The notes below the pieces were generated by a model. It was not told where the DNA came from. It was given only the letters and a program-made list of their open reading frames with translations, and searched no databases. The position numbers were made by a program, and so were the translations under genes. 64,000 bases of DNA from Betaproteobacteria bacterium. Its GTDB lineage: Bacteria; Pseudomonadota; Gammaproteobacteria; Burkholderiales; SG8-41. The stretch is taken from NCBI GenBank assembly GCA_046339595.1, contig JBKDUF010000048.1, positions 4,351 through 68,350 of the forward strand, written 5' to 3'. Shown in pieces: positions 1 to 9,588 of this stretch (positions are counted from its first letter, which is position 1; the number at the start of each line of letters is the position of its first letter).

Positions 1-584
1 TGAAGGCGCGGCTCGCCGGCGGTGAGGCCTGCGACCTGATCATCCTCAGCGCGCAGCTGATCCAGGATCTGGTTTCGGTCGGCATGGTGGTGATTTCCTC
101 GGTCAGCGACATCGGCAAGGTCGGCACCGGGGTGGCAGTGCGCGCCGGTACACCGCTGCCGGAAGTGCGCAACCGTGAAGCGCTGCGCGCCAACATCCTC
201 GCCGCGAAAGTGATTGTCTGCCCCGATCCGGCGACGGCCACCGCGGGCAAGATCGTGATGCGCCTGATGGAGCGTCTCGGCGTGGCCTCGCAGGTCGAGG
301 ACCGCATGCAGTTTTTCCCGAACGGCAACGCGGCGATGCACTGGCTCGCGGCCAGCAGCGGCCACTTTGAAATGGGCATCACCCAGAACACCGAAATCCT
401 GCCGGTGCCGGGCGTGGCCTATGTCGGCCCGCTGCCCGAGGAATTCCAGATGAAAACCGTCTATACCGCGGCGGTCACCGCGCGCGCCGAGCAGCCGCAG
501 CTGGCCGCCGATTTCCTGCGCCGCCTGACTGCGCCGGCGTTCCGGCCGCAACTGCTCGCGGCGGGTTACGAATTCGACGCATGA
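1..584 (+). CDS. periplasmic solute-binding protein, ModA-like PBP2 fold (5' end outside window)
   Basis: The frame of ORF 84..584 stays open back to nt 3 (KARLAGGEACDLIILSAQLIQDLV...), so the start lies upstream of the window. The C-terminal half resembles molybdate/solute-binding proteins. The stop overlaps the next start (ATGA at 581-584). Confidence 0.55.
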   Translation, partial: KARLAGGEACDLIILSAQLIQDLVSVGMVVISSVSDIGKVGTGVAVRAGTPLPEVRNREALRANILAAKVIVCPDPATATAGKIVMRLMERLGVASQVEDRMQFFPNGNAAMHWLAASSGHFEMGITQNTEILPVPGVAYVGPLPEEFQMKTVYTAAVTARAEQPQLAADFLRRLTAPAFRPQLLAAGYEFDA

Positions 585-1063
585 GCGCGGCCTCCGGGCA
601 GGGTCTGCTGGCGAAAGGCGATCTGTGGGCTGGCGCGGCGCTTGCCGCGCTTGGCGGTTTCGTCGTCAATGAGGCCCGGCAGTGGGAATACATGACGGCC
701 GAGGGGCCGGGCCCGGGCTTTTTCCCGCTGTGGTACGGTATCGCGATGGTGGTGCTCTCGCTGCTGCTGATCGTCAGCACGCTGCGCCGGCCGCGGCTGG
801 CGGCGGGCCATGCCAAGACTGACTGGGCCGGCATCGGCCGCGCGCTGCTGTGCTGGGCGGCGTTCGCACTGTCGGTGCTGCTGCTGAAATGGCTGGGCCT
901 GCTGCTGTCGCTGGCGCTGCTGACGCTGTTCATCGCCAAAGTGATGTACGGCAAGCCACTGATGATCTCGCTGGCCACCGCGGCGGGTAACGCGGGGGGC
1001 TTCTATCTGGTGTTCCACCTCGCGCTCGGCGTTGAACTGCCGGTCGGACTGCTCGGGTTCTGA
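581..1063 (+). CDS. tctB: tripartite tricarboxylate transporter small membrane subunit (TctB family)
   Basis: 160-aa hydrophobic protein with about 4 TM segments, immediately upstream of a TctA-like permease and coupled by start/stop overlap. Confidence 0.7.
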   Translation: MSAASGQGLLAKGDLWAGAALAALGGFVVNEARQWEYMTAEGPGPGFFPLWYGIAMVVLSLLLIVSTLRRPRLAAGHAKTDWAGIGRALLCWAAFALSVLLLKWLGLLLSLALLTLFIAKVMYGKPLMISLATAAGNAGGFYLVFHLALGVELPVGLLGF

Positions 1064-1064
1064 C

Positions 1065-2576
1065 ATGGACATCCTGCTCAGCCTGGGTCAGGGTTTCCTG
1101 GTGGCGCTGGAACCGATGAACCTGTTCTGGTGCTTCGTCGGCGTGTTCCTCGGCACGGCGGTGGGCGTGATGCCGGGCCTCGGCCCCGCGGCCACCATCG
1201 CGATGCTGCTGCCGCTCACTTTTCAGATGCCGCCGACGAGCGCGCTGATCATGCTTGCCGGCATCTATTACGGCGCCAAGTATGGCGGCTCGACCACGGC
1301 GATCCTGCTCAACGTGCCCGGCGAGTCGGCCTCGGTGGTGACCTGCCTCGACGGCTACCAGATGGCGCGCAAGGGCAGGGCGGGGGCAGCGCTGGGCATT
1401 GCCGCGATTTCCTCCTTCGTCGCCGGCACCGTTGGCGTCATCGGCCTGATGCTGCTCGCACCGCCGCTGGCGAAAATGGCGCTGTCCTTCAGTTCGCCCG
1501 AGTATTTCGCGCTGATGGTGCTGGGTCTGGCGATGGTGGTGCTGTTGGCCGGCGAGTCCATGGTCAAGGCGCTGCTGGCGATGCTGGTCGGGCTGTGGAT
1601 CGCGGGCATGGGCATTGACCTGTTCAGCGACACCTCGCGCTTCACCTTCGGCCTCTCCGAGCTGCTCGACGGCGTGGATTTCGTGATCGTCGCCATCGGC
1701 GTGTTCGCGCTGGGCGAGGTGCTCGGCAACATGGAGCGCCGCGGTGAAGGCACGCTGCTGCCGGTGCCCAAGGGCCTGCGCAACCTGCTGCCGACGATGG
1801 CCGAACTGAAGGCCTGCCGCTTCGCCTTCCTCAACGGTTCGGTGATCGGCTTCCTGATCGGCGTGCTGCCCGGCCCCGGCTCGACCATCGCCTCGTTCAT
1901 TTCCTACGGCATCGAGAAGGCGGTGTCGAAGCATCCGGAGAAATTCGGCACCGGCGTGCCCGAGGGCGTGGCCGCGCCGGAGGGCGCCAACAATTCCGAA
2001 ACCGGCGGCGCGTTGGTGCCGCTGCTGACGCTGGGCATCCCCGGATCGGGCACCACCGCGATCCTGCTCGCGGCCTTCGTGCTGTGGGGCCTGCGTCCCG
2101 GCCCGCTGATGATCCAGGACAACCCGCAGCTGTTCTGGGGGCTGGTGGCGAGCATGTATGTCGGCAACGTGATGCTGCTGGTGCTCAACCTGCCGCTGAT
2201 TCCGCTATTTGCGCAGATCCTGAAGCTGCGCGAATTCGTGCTGTATCCGGTCATTTTCGGCATCTCGGTGGTCGGCGTGTATGCGGTGTCGAACAGCCTG
2301 TTCGACTGCGGACTGCTCGCCGCCTTTGGCCTGCTGGGTTACCTGATGCAGCGGCTGAAGTTTCCGTCGGCGCCGCTGATCCTGGGGCTGGTGCTGGGTG
2401 ACGCGATGGAGCGCGCGCTGCGCCAGTCGCTGATGATGTCGCAGGGCGACCTCTCGATCCTGGTGTCGCGTCCGATCGCGGCGGGCATGCTGATCGTGGC
2501 CGCCGTGCTGCTGCTGATGCCGCTGTTCCGCCGGCTCAATTCGTGGCGGGTCAAGGCGATTGAAGAGAACGGCTGA
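1065..2576 (+). CDS. tctA: tripartite tricarboxylate transporter large permease (TctA family)
   Basis: ATG at 1065 (MDILLSLGQGF...) lies 2 nt after the tctB stop. It is a ~503-aa polytopic membrane protein with TctA-like motifs (GVMPGLGP, GIYYGAKYGGSTTAILLN). The 1032 start in the track looks like an overextension. Confidence 0.9.
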   Translation: MDILLSLGQGFLVALEPMNLFWCFVGVFLGTAVGVMPGLGPAATIAMLLPLTFQMPPTSALIMLAGIYYGAKYGGSTTAILLNVPGESASVVTCLDGYQMARKGRAGAALGIAAISSFVAGTVGVIGLMLLAPPLAKMALSFSSPEYFALMVLGLAMVVLLAGESMVKALLAMLVGLWIAGMGIDLFSDTSRFTFGLSELLDGVDFVIVAIGVFALGEVLGNMERRGEGTLLPVPKGLRNLLPTMAELKACRFAFLNGSVIGFLIGVLPGPGSTIASFISYGIEKAVSKHPEKFGTGVPEGVAAPEGANNSETGGALVPLLTLGIPGSGTTAILLAAFVLWGLRPGPLMIQDNPQLFWGLVASMYVGNVMLLVLNLPLIPLFAQILKLREFVLYPVIFGISVVGVYAVSNSLFDCGLLAAFGLLGYLMQRLKFPSAPLILGLVLGDAMERALRQSLMMSQGDLSILVSRPIAAGMLIVAAVLLLMPLFRRLNSWRVKAIEENG

Positions 2577-2618
2577 GGTTTCAAGGCCGGTGCAGGTTTA
2601 ACCCGAGGAGACACAATC

Positions 2619-3590
2619 ATGAAACTGCATTACACGATGCTCGCCGCGGCATTTGCGGCGACCCTGGCCGCGCCCGCGCTGGCCGAATTCAAGCCGAGCA
2701 AGCCGGTGGAGATGATCGTCCATACCGGCCCCGGCGGCGGCGCCGACGTGCTGGCGCGTTTCATCGCTCAGGTGATCGAGAAGGAAAATCTGGCGCCGGT
2801 GCGCTTCACCGTCAACAACCGTGATGGCGGCGGCGGCCTGCGCGCGATGGCCTATGTGGTCGAGAAAAAGGGCGATAACCACGCCATCGCGGTGTTCACC
2901 GGCAACTGGCTGACCAACCCGCTGACCCGCGCCGAAGCCAAGGTCACGGTGAAGGACATGACCCCGGTGGTACGGCTGGTGCTGGAGCCGGCGGTGATCG
3001 CGGTGAAAAGCGACGCGCCGTTCAAGACGCTGAAGGACTTCATCGACGCCGCCAAGAAGCAGCCCGGTGCGCTGAAGCAGTCCGGCGGTTCGACCACCAG
3101 CCGCGACAACGTGGTGCGCCAGCTGCTGATGCGCGAAACCGGATCGAACTGGGCCTACATTTCCTTCCCCGGCGGCGGCGAGCGCATTGCCGCGCTGCTC
3201 GGCGGCCACGTCAACATGATGGTGATCGAGCCGCAGGAAGCGGGCGAGCATATCAAGGCCGGCAACATGCGCGTGATCGCGCAGGTCGCTGACCGCCGCC
3301 TGTCGGCGTTCCCCAACGTGCCGACGATCAAGGAGGCGGGCTTTGACATCCCCAATGTGCCCCAGGTGCGCGGCATCCTGATGCCACCCGGTGTTTCGGC
3401 GGATGCGGTGGCCTACTACGAGAACCTGTTCGCGCGCCTGGTGAAGACCCCGACCTGGCGCAAGTATCTGGAAGAACAGCAGTTCGAGGACGGTTTCCAG
3501 CGCTCGGGCGATCTGGCCAAGTTCATGGACAGCTTCACCAGCCAGATGCGCGACATCCTGAACGAAGCCGGCGCCAAGGTGGTGCGCTGA
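2619..3590 (+). CDS. tctC: Bug/TctC family periplasmic tricarboxylate-binding receptor
   Basis: 323 aa with a signal peptide (MKLHYTMLAAAFAATLAAPALA) and the EFKPSKPVEMIV...GPGGGADV motif typical of the Bug family. Confidence 0.9.
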   Translation: MKLHYTMLAAAFAATLAAPALAEFKPSKPVEMIVHTGPGGGADVLARFIAQVIEKENLAPVRFTVNNRDGGGGLRAMAYVVEKKGDNHAIAVFTGNWLTNPLTRAEAKVTVKDMTPVVRLVLEPAVIAVKSDAPFKTLKDFIDAAKKQPGALKQSGGSTTSRDNVVRQLLMRETGSNWAYISFPGGGERIAALLGGHVNMMVIEPQEAGEHIKAGNMRVIAQVADRRLSAFPNVPTIKEAGFDIPNVPQVRGILMPPGVSADAVAYYENLFARLVKTPTWRKYLEEQQFEDGFQRSGDLAKFMDSFTSQMRDILNEAGAKVVR

Positions 3591-3635
3591 ACTGAAGCAG
3601 GCCGCGCGCCTTTCCCTGGATGGCACGCGTTGGCC

Positions 3636-3670
3636 GGGGGCCGGTCAAGACCGGCCCCCGTTGTTTTTTG
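3636..3670 (+). terminator. rho-independent terminator after tctC
   Basis: 9-bp GC stem GGGGGCCGG/CCGGCCCCC with loop TCAAGA, followed by GTTGTTTTTTG. Confidence 0.6.
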
Positions 3671-3703
3671 TTTCGCTGTTTTTTTTGAGTTCATGGAAGA
3701 CCG

Positions 3704-5077
3704 ATGACTGCACAACTGCCCGCGATCACCATTGCCGAACGCCTGGCCGACCAGGCCGCCGCCATTACCGCCGACCGCCTGCCCGCCGAAGTCCGCGCGC
3801 GCGCCGAAGAACTGCTGATCGATGTGGTTGGCCTTTGTGTGGCCGCGCGCCATACCGATTACGTGAAAGCCGTGATTGCCGGCGTGGATGCCGGCGGTCC
3901 CTGCACCGCGATCGGCCACCAGCAGACGTTCTCGGCGGAAGCCGCGGCGCTGATCAACGGCACCGCAACCCATGGCGAGGATTTCGACGACACCTTTGAG
4001 GGCGGCCCGGTGCACTCGAGTACGGTGATCGGACCGGCGGTGCTGGCCGCGGCCGAGCGTTTCGGCTGTGCCGGTCCCGATGTGCTGGCGGGCTTTGTTG
4101 CCGGCGTGGAGACGCTGTGCCGGCTGTCAATGGTGATCCCGAAGGCGATCCACAAGTCGGGTTTCCATCCCACCGCGGTGCTGGGCGCGATGGGCGCAAC
4201 GCTGGCCGTGTCGCGGGCGATGCGGCTCAACAAAAAACAGACCGTGGACGCGCTGGGCATTGCCGGCAGCATGGCCAGCGGCATCATCGAATACCTCGCC
4301 GAGGGCGCCTGGACCAAACGCCTGCACGCGGGCTGGTCGGCGCAGGTCGGCATCCAGGCCGCACGGCTGGGGCAGCAGGGCTTCCTCGGACCGCGCACGG
4401 TGTTCGAGGGCACGCACGGCCTGTATTACGCCTTTGCGCGCTCGGCCGAGGGCAATTACGACGTACTGACCCGTGATTTCGGCAGGGACTGGTACCTGTC
4501 GCGCATCACCTTCAAGCCCTATGCCACGGGCACGATGAACCAGCCGTATGTGGACTGCGCGCTGCGCCTCGCCAGAAAGGGTTTCGCGGCGGAGGATGTC
4601 GCCGACATCCTGTGTGAGACCGCGGAGGGTTATGTGCACCGGTTGTGGGATCCGCTGCAGGCCAAGCAGCGCCCGGCCAATGATTACGCGGCCAAGTTCA
4701 GCGCGCCCTTCAACATCGCGGTGGCCTTTGTCACCGGCGGCGCGGGGCTCGCGGCCTTCACCGAAAAGACCGTGCGCGATGAGCGCATCCTCGCGCTGGC
4801 CGGCAAGGTGAAATACGTGGTCGATCCGAACAACCCGTATCCCAGGGCCTACACCGGCCATGTGCGGATGACGCTGAGGGATGGCCGCGTGTTTGAGGAG
4901 CGCCAGCCGCACATCCGCGGCGGCGCACAGGAGCCGCTGTCGCGTGCCGAGATCGAGCACAAGTTCCGCCTCAACGCGCAGTTCGGTGGCTGGAGCGACG
5001 CGCAGATTGCCGGTTTCCTGAAGACGGTGCCGGGGATGCTGGCCGGCAAGGTCGATCTCTCGGGCTTGCGCAGTTAA
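3704..5077 (+). CDS. MmgE/PrpD family protein (2-methylcitrate dehydratase-like)
   Basis: 457 aa with family-typical segments (LINGTATHGEDFDDT, HPTAVLGAMGA, FKPYATGTMNQP). Confidence 0.85.
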   Translation: MTAQLPAITIAERLADQAAAITADRLPAEVRARAEELLIDVVGLCVAARHTDYVKAVIAGVDAGGPCTAIGHQQTFSAEAAALINGTATHGEDFDDTFEGGPVHSSTVIGPAVLAAAERFGCAGPDVLAGFVAGVETLCRLSMVIPKAIHKSGFHPTAVLGAMGATLAVSRAMRLNKKQTVDALGIAGSMASGIIEYLAEGAWTKRLHAGWSAQVGIQAARLGQQGFLGPRTVFEGTHGLYYAFARSAEGNYDVLTRDFGRDWYLSRITFKPYATGTMNQPYVDCALRLARKGFAAEDVADILCETAEGYVHRLWDPLQAKQRPANDYAAKFSAPFNIAVAFVTGGAGLAAFTEKTVRDERILALAGKVKYVVDPNNPYPRAYTGHVRMTLRDGRVFEERQPHIRGGAQEPLSRAEIEHKFRLNAQFGGWSDAQIAGFLKTVPGMLAGKVDLSGLRS

Positions 5078-5096
5078 GGTGCCTGGATTAAATTAT

Positions 5097-5116
5097 CAAT
5101 AAAAACAAATACTTAT
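5097..5116 (+). repeat. AT-rich intergenic motif, copy A (CAATAAAAACAAATACTTAT)
   Basis: Exact 20-mer shared with copy D and, in reverse orientation, 19/20 with copy C. It lies between the prpD-like stop and the dsbA-like start, flanked by ATTAAAT direct repeats. Confidence 0.8.
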
Positions 5117-5145
5117 TAAATCAATACGATTGAGGGAGCGCCACC

Positions 5146-5793
5146 ATGGCCGAACGCCTGCAGATCGACATCGTTTCCGACGTGGTTTGACCCTGGTGCT
5201 TCATCGGCAAGCGCAAGCTGGAAGCTGCGCTGAAACAGTTCACCGAACTGTATCCCGATGATCCCGAGCCGGCCGTGCGCTGGCTGCCGTTCCAGTTGAA
5301 TCCGGGCCTGCCGCCCGAAGGCATTTCGCGCGCCGACTATATTTTCCGCAAGTTCGGCGACCGCGACAGCTCGCGCTACGACCGCGTGGCAGGCGTCGGC
5401 AAAAGCGTCGGCCTTGACATGGCTTTCGACAAAATCCAGGTGCAGCCGAACACGGTCCGCGCACACCGGCTGATCCACCATGCCGGCGAACTTGGCAGCC
5501 AGGATGCGGTGGCCGAAGCACTGTTCCGCGCCTATTTCTGCGAAGGCGCCAACCTGACCGACATCACGGTGCTGGCGCGCTATGCGGCGCAGGCTGGCCT
5601 TGACCGCGCGGCCACCGAGGCCTTTTTGCGCAGCGACGAGGGCGCGGACCTGATCCGCGCCGCGGATGCCGAGGCGCGCCAGGCCGGCATTGAGGGTGTG
5701 CCGTTTTTCATCGTCAATCGCACCATCGGATTGTCCGGAGCGCAGGACCCCGAGGTGCTGCTGCAGGCCATGCAGCAGGCCCGCGCCGCCTAA
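5146..5793 (+). CDS. DsbA/FrnE-like thiol:disulfide oxidoreductase with in-frame TGA at the redox motif (Sec candidate or nonsense-disrupted)
   Basis: ATG 5146 follows a GAGGGA Shine-Dalgarno. It reads MAERLQIDIVSDVV-TGA(5188..5190)-PWCFIGKRKLEAAL..., in frame with track ORF 5275..5793. The TGA sits where the family has the first Cys of CPWC. The downstream part is DsbA-like (EGVPFFIVN). Confidence 0.7.
5196..5230 (+). promoter_or_regulatory. candidate SECIS-like hairpins downstream of the in-frame TGA
   Basis: There are two alternative hairpins. One is GUGCUU/AAGCGC (5196..5214, loop CAUCGGC). The other is GCGC-A-AGCU/AGCU-GCGC (5211..5230, loop GGA). Their loops lie about 14-32 nt after the UGA. 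They were folded by eye only. Confidence 0.3.
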
Positions 5794-5804
5794 GTCCCGC
5801 AGCC

Positions 5805-7265
5805 ATGAGCCAATCCGCTGGATACCGCCACGCGCTAAAGGCGGGGACCACGCTCAACGAGTACCGCGTGGAGTCGGTGCTCGGCGCCGGCAGTTTCTGC
5901 ATCACCTACCTTGCGAGGGATGTCCACCTCGACAAGCCGGTGGCGATCAATGAGTATCTGCCGCGGGACCTCGCGCTGCGCGCGCTCGACGGCAGCGTGG
6001 CGCCGGTTTCCACCGCTCACCGCTTCGATTACCAGTGGGGGCTCGACCGGTTCATTCAGGAGGCGCGCGCCCTGGCACGCGTCAGCCATCCGCATATCGT
6101 GCGCGTACACCGCTATTTAGAGCTTAACGGCACCGGCTACATGGTGATGGACCATGAGCAAGGCGAGTCGCTGACCCAGTACCTGGAGCGAGTCCCGCTG
6201 CCGCCGGAAGATGAAATACGCCGACTGCTGATGCCACTGCTCGATGGCCTTGCCGCAATACACGCTGAGAACATCCTGCACCGCGATATCAAGCCCGCCA
6301 GTATTTTCATCCGCAGCGATGCGCAGCCCGTGCTGCTGGATTTTGGCGCGGCGCGCGCCGTCGGCAGCGCGACGCGCAGCCTGACCGCTGTGCTGACGCA
6401 GGGTTACGCGCCCCTCGAGCAATACTCGCCCGACGGCAAACCGGGACCATGGTCGGACCTGTATGCCCTGGCGGGGGTGCTCTTCCTCATGGTAACCGGC
6501 CGCAATCCGCCGGACGCCGTGACACGGCTGCAACTCGATACGGTGCCTGCAGCACTGCATGCTGCGCGAGGCCGCTACAGCGCGGTACTGCTGCAGACCA
6601 TCAGCCGAGGGCTGACGGTGAATGCGGGATCACGGCCACAGAGCGTGGCCGGTTGGCGCGCGTTGCTGGAACCCGCGCCAGTGCATGGCCAGGCGGGTAC
6701 TGCCCCGACCACGGCAGTTATCGGTGCGGCCTTGAAGACTGTCGTCAAGAGTCCGGCGGCAGGCGCCCAGACCACGGTGCGCACTGCGGTGTCCGTGCCC
6801 GACCACAGCGAGGCGTGGAAGCGCCTGACCCGGGCGGTTTTCTGGCTGCTCGCCATCAGCATTGGCATCAGCTGGTACGTGAAGCGCGAAACCGATCCGG
6901 CACCAGCACCCGCAATCGCTGCGCCTTCGGCGAAACGCGCGCCGGTGCAAGTCGAGGTTGTGCAGGCCCCGGCTCTCGAGGAGCTTCCGGTGTCACCTGC
7001 GATCGCAGCCCCTCCGGCTGATGTCGTGTTGGTGAAACCGGTCGAACTGTCCCAGGGGCGTGTACCCGAGCGTATGGCCAGCGAATTCCGCGGTGCAGAC
7101 CGTGACGGCGACGGTTATCTTGCGCCCGCTGAAGTGGAGGAACGTTTTCCGCTTATCGCGAAAGAACTCGCTAAAGTCGATCGCGATGGCGACGGCCTAA
7201 TTTCGATCGAAGAATTCGCTGAGTGGCGCCTTCAGCCGGTCGAACGCCGGCCGCTGCGCAAATAG
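5805..7265 (+). CDS. Hanks-type Ser/Thr protein kinase with one TM segment and a C-terminal EF-hand pair
   Basis: Kinase motifs are present (GAGSFCITYLA, HRDIKPASIF, DFGAAR, GYAPLEQ). A TM segment (AVFWLLAISIGISWYV) is followed by a Pro/Ala-rich linker and two DxDxDG loops (DRDGDGYLAPAEVEE, DRDGDGLISIEEF). Confidence 0.85.
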   Translation: MSQSAGYRHALKAGTTLNEYRVESVLGAGSFCITYLARDVHLDKPVAINEYLPRDLALRALDGSVAPVSTAHRFDYQWGLDRFIQEARALARVSHPHIVRVHRYLELNGTGYMVMDHEQGESLTQYLERVPLPPEDEIRRLLMPLLDGLAAIHAENILHRDIKPASIFIRSDAQPVLLDFGAARAVGSATRSLTAVLTQGYAPLEQYSPDGKPGPWSDLYALAGVLFLMVTGRNPPDAVTRLQLDTVPAALHAARGRYSAVLLQTISRGLTVNAGSRPQSVAGWRALLEPAPVHGQAGTAPTTAVIGAALKTVVKSPAAGAQTTVRTAVSVPDHSEAWKRLTRAVFWLLAISIGISWYVKRETDPAPAPAIAAPSAKRAPVQVEVVQAPALEELPVSPAIAAPPADVVLVKPVELSQGRVPERMASEFRGADRDGDGYLAPAEVEERFPLIAKELAKVDRDGDGLISIEEFAEWRLQPVERRPLRK

Positions 7266-7639
7266 CGCCGGGTATCGCAGTCCTCGCTGCGCCCATCAAA
7301 CTGCCGCAAAGTTGACGTGCAAACCTTCATCCTTTGTGACTTTTTGCCATCGGAAAGGTGCTGTAATGACAGCGGGTTGAGCAGGGTAAGCGGGTTGCGT
7401 CGCGCCTCAACGCAACCCGACTGCGCCGCCAGGGCCATGATGTCGCGAAGCTCGCCCGAGCACTGCAAAAGGCCAGGCAGGCGGGATGCAGCCCTCACGT
7501 TATCTGCGCACCGTCCTCCAGCGCCAGTGGAGCCCAGGCTCCGGGCGTATCGCCGAAGTCGCCACGGCTCTGCGCCTTGGTGATCTGGCGTTCGCTCTGC
7601 AGGTTTGGCAGGTATGCGGCGACGGGTATTGCGGACACA

Positions 7640-8494
7640 TCAGCGGTGCAGCAGGAAATCACGAACTGCTGCGATCTGGTCGCTGGCCATGAGGGCGGGC
7701 GCATGTCCCACGCCGGAGAATTCGACCAGCCGTGATCTGGGGCCGCGCAGTGTCATGTCCCTGGCGGTTTCGCGCAGCAACAGGTCGGATTCGGCGCCGC
7801 GCAACAGCAGCGTCGGACAGGTGATTGCGTCGTAAACGTTCCAGAGCAGGATATCCTGCGCTGCGGCCTTGCGGAGGGCTAAGGCGATGTCAGGGTCATA
7901 GATTACCCCCCAGCGACCATCAGGGTGCCTCCGCGCATTGTGCTCGGCGAGGTGGCGCCATTGGGCGTCGTTCAGCGGACCAAAGCTTGCAAATACCCGG
8001 CGAATGTAACGCTCGAAATCCTCGATGCATTCAAAACGCGGATCCTCGCCGACATATCTGCCAATGCGTTCCATCGAGACTTTCGGGATCATCGCGCCGA
8101 CGTCATTCAGCACCAGGCGGCGTATCGGGGTGCCAGGGCGGGCAGCCAGCAGCATGCCGAGCATGCCGCCCATCGAAGTGCCAACCCAGTGAATTTCACG
8201 CGCGCCCTGCGCGGTGACCCGCGCGATCAGCGCGGTCATGTCGTTCATGTATTGCGGATACCCGTAATCCTCGGGCTGGGGCAGCCAGTCGCTGCGGCCG
8301 CGGCCGGCGATGCTGACGCAGACCACGCGCAGGTCATCCTCAAGCGCTTCGGCCAGGGCATCGAAGTCGCGGCAATTGCGCGTCAGGCCATGCACGCAGA
8401 TCAGCACGCGCGGATGATTCATATCTCCCCAATCAGTGTAATGCAGCCGGTGGAAACCGGCGCGGTTCAGGCAGAGCAGTTCACCGTTTCTCAT
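7640..8494 (-). CDS. alpha/beta hydrolase fold protein
   Basis: Start chosen at MRNGELLCLN (ATG 8494). It has the HG oxyanion motif (VHGLTRNCRDF), a nucleophile elbow GTSMGG and a C-terminal GHAP. Confidence 0.8.
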   Translation of the reverse strand: MRNGELLCLNRAGFHRLHYTDWGDMNHPRVLICVHGLTRNCRDFDALAEALEDDLRVVCVSIAGRGRSDWLPQPEDYGYPQYMNDMTALIARVTAQGAREIHWVGTSMGGMLGMLLAARPGTPIRRLVLNDVGAMIPKVSMERIGRYVGEDPRFECIEDFERYIRRVFASFGPLNDAQWRHLAEHNARRHPDGRWGVIYDPDIALALRKAAAQDILLWNVYDAITCPTLLLRGAESDLLLRETARDMTLRGPRSRLVEFSGVGHAPALMASDQIAAVRDFLLHR

Positions 8495-8525
8495 CCGCTT
8501 TTCGATGGCTGTTGTATTTGAAAAA

Positions 8526-9497
8526 TTACCTGAGGCCGAGCAACAACAGCCCCCAGGACCCAAGGCCCAGGAAGGCGATCAGGTGAACCCAGGCCCAGAT
8601 CCGGTAGCGCCGCCCCAGGTTGTCTGGCATCTCATTGGCGAGCAGGAACAGCCGGCGGTCGCGCGGCTTGCGCAACAGGTGCACGCCTTCGGTCTGCGCG
8701 CCAAACTGCTCGTGGTGGCGCTTGCGCACCTCTCCGATAGCGGCCAGCCGCGCCTGCCCCCACTCTTCCAGGCTGATCTTGCCGTCGCGGTCGGCATCAA
8801 AACGCTGCAGCAGCATTTGCGGAGTGTTTTTCCACTCCGTGATCAGCGCGCTGACATCGAAATTCTCGTCGGCGGCGCTCAGCACATTGCCGCTGTGCGT
8901 GGTGAATTCACCGATCGCGTACACCGGGCCTTCGGGCAGCAGCAGCCATTCGGTATAGCGGCGACCGCTCTCCTTCCACTGCTTGCGATGGCTGCTTACC
9001 ACCTCGGCGCCGTCAGGCGAGATTACACAGGCACCGGTGGCGTCCACCAGCAGGAAGTGATCGATGCTGGTGTTCTCTTCAACCGTGCTCCACTTGTTAT
9101 TGCTGTCCTGTTCTTCGACGGTGTAGTGATACCAGCAGCAGGCCCGCAAACTGACTGGTGAGCGTACGGTTGAACCGTCGAGCAGGCGGCCCACGCCGAA
9201 GAGCTCGACATACCCTTGAGCGGCAGAGGCAATATGCGATGTCGGCAGGTCGTGAATGGCACGGTAGCGGCGGGTGTTGCCGATCCAGGCAAAAAAGCTG
9301 ACCACACTCATCGCCAGCAGTGCCCAAGGCCAGCTTTGGGGGTTCTGGTTTTGCAGCGCGATGGCCAGGATGATCGCGTGCAGCCCGCCGGAGAGCAGGA
9401 TCGGCCCGCGGCCGCGGTAACCCGCGAGGCTGAAGGCTGAGGCGTTCAAGTGGAGACGGATTCGGGCAAGATGCGTATCCGGGGGCAGAAAGATCAA
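8526..9497 (-). CDS. membrane protein with GIDE-like domain and an EF-hand loop
   Basis: It has N-terminal TM segments and a GIDE-like core (VELFGVGR...SPVSLRACCWYHYTVEE), then an EF-hand DADRDGKISLEEW and a C-terminal TM. It lies next to lemA, a common pairing. The start is uncertain (TTG at 9497). Confidence 0.55.
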   Translation of the reverse strand: MIFLPPDTHLARIRLHLNASAFSLAGYRGRGPILLSGGLHAIILAIALQNQNPQSWPWALLAMSVVSFFAWIGNTRRYRAIHDLPTSHIASAAQGYVELFGVGRLLDGSTVRSPVSLRACCWYHYTVEEQDSNNKWSTVEENTSIDHFLLVDATGACVISPDGAEVVSSHRKQWKESGRRYTEWLLLPEGPVYAIGEFTTHSGNVLSAADENFDVSALITEWKNTPQMLLQRFDADRDGKISLEEWGQARLAAIGEVRKRHHEQFGAQTEGVHLLRKPRDRRLFLLANEMPDNLGRRYRIWAWVHLIAFLGLGSWGLLLLGLR

Positions 9498-9588
9498 ACC
9501 CCTCTACCCGATCAGCGGGGAGAGGGTTGGGCTCAAGTGACGGCTTGGGCCGGAGCAGAGGGTCGGCTATCAGCCTTCAATTGCGCGA

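Noticed and set aside
930-1934. Long antisense ORFs in the supplied track. Examples are 930..1934(-), 2598..3626(-), 10343..12115(+), 13127..15574(-), 27754..30432(-), 32925..34880(-), 35137..36358(-), 37902..40007(-) and 61408..63054(-).
   Set aside because: They lie opposite well-supported conserved genes. Their translations are Arg/Gly/His/Ala-rich and low in complexity, with no recognisable motifs. Such shadow frames are expected in GC-rich DNA.
7266-7640. Possible small gene or remnant downstream of the alpha/beta hydrolase. The minus-strand frame reads ...AAYLPNLQSERQITKAQSRGDFGDTPGAWAPLALEDGAQIT and then a stop (part of ORF 7495..7704). A 9-bp hairpin GGGTTGCGT/ACGCAACCC lies at about 7375..7402.
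   Set aside because: The peptide looks protein-like. However, I cannot assign a family, there is no credible start or Shine-Dalgarno, and the ORF start overlaps the hydrolase in another frame. It may be a gene fragment, but the support is too weak to call.
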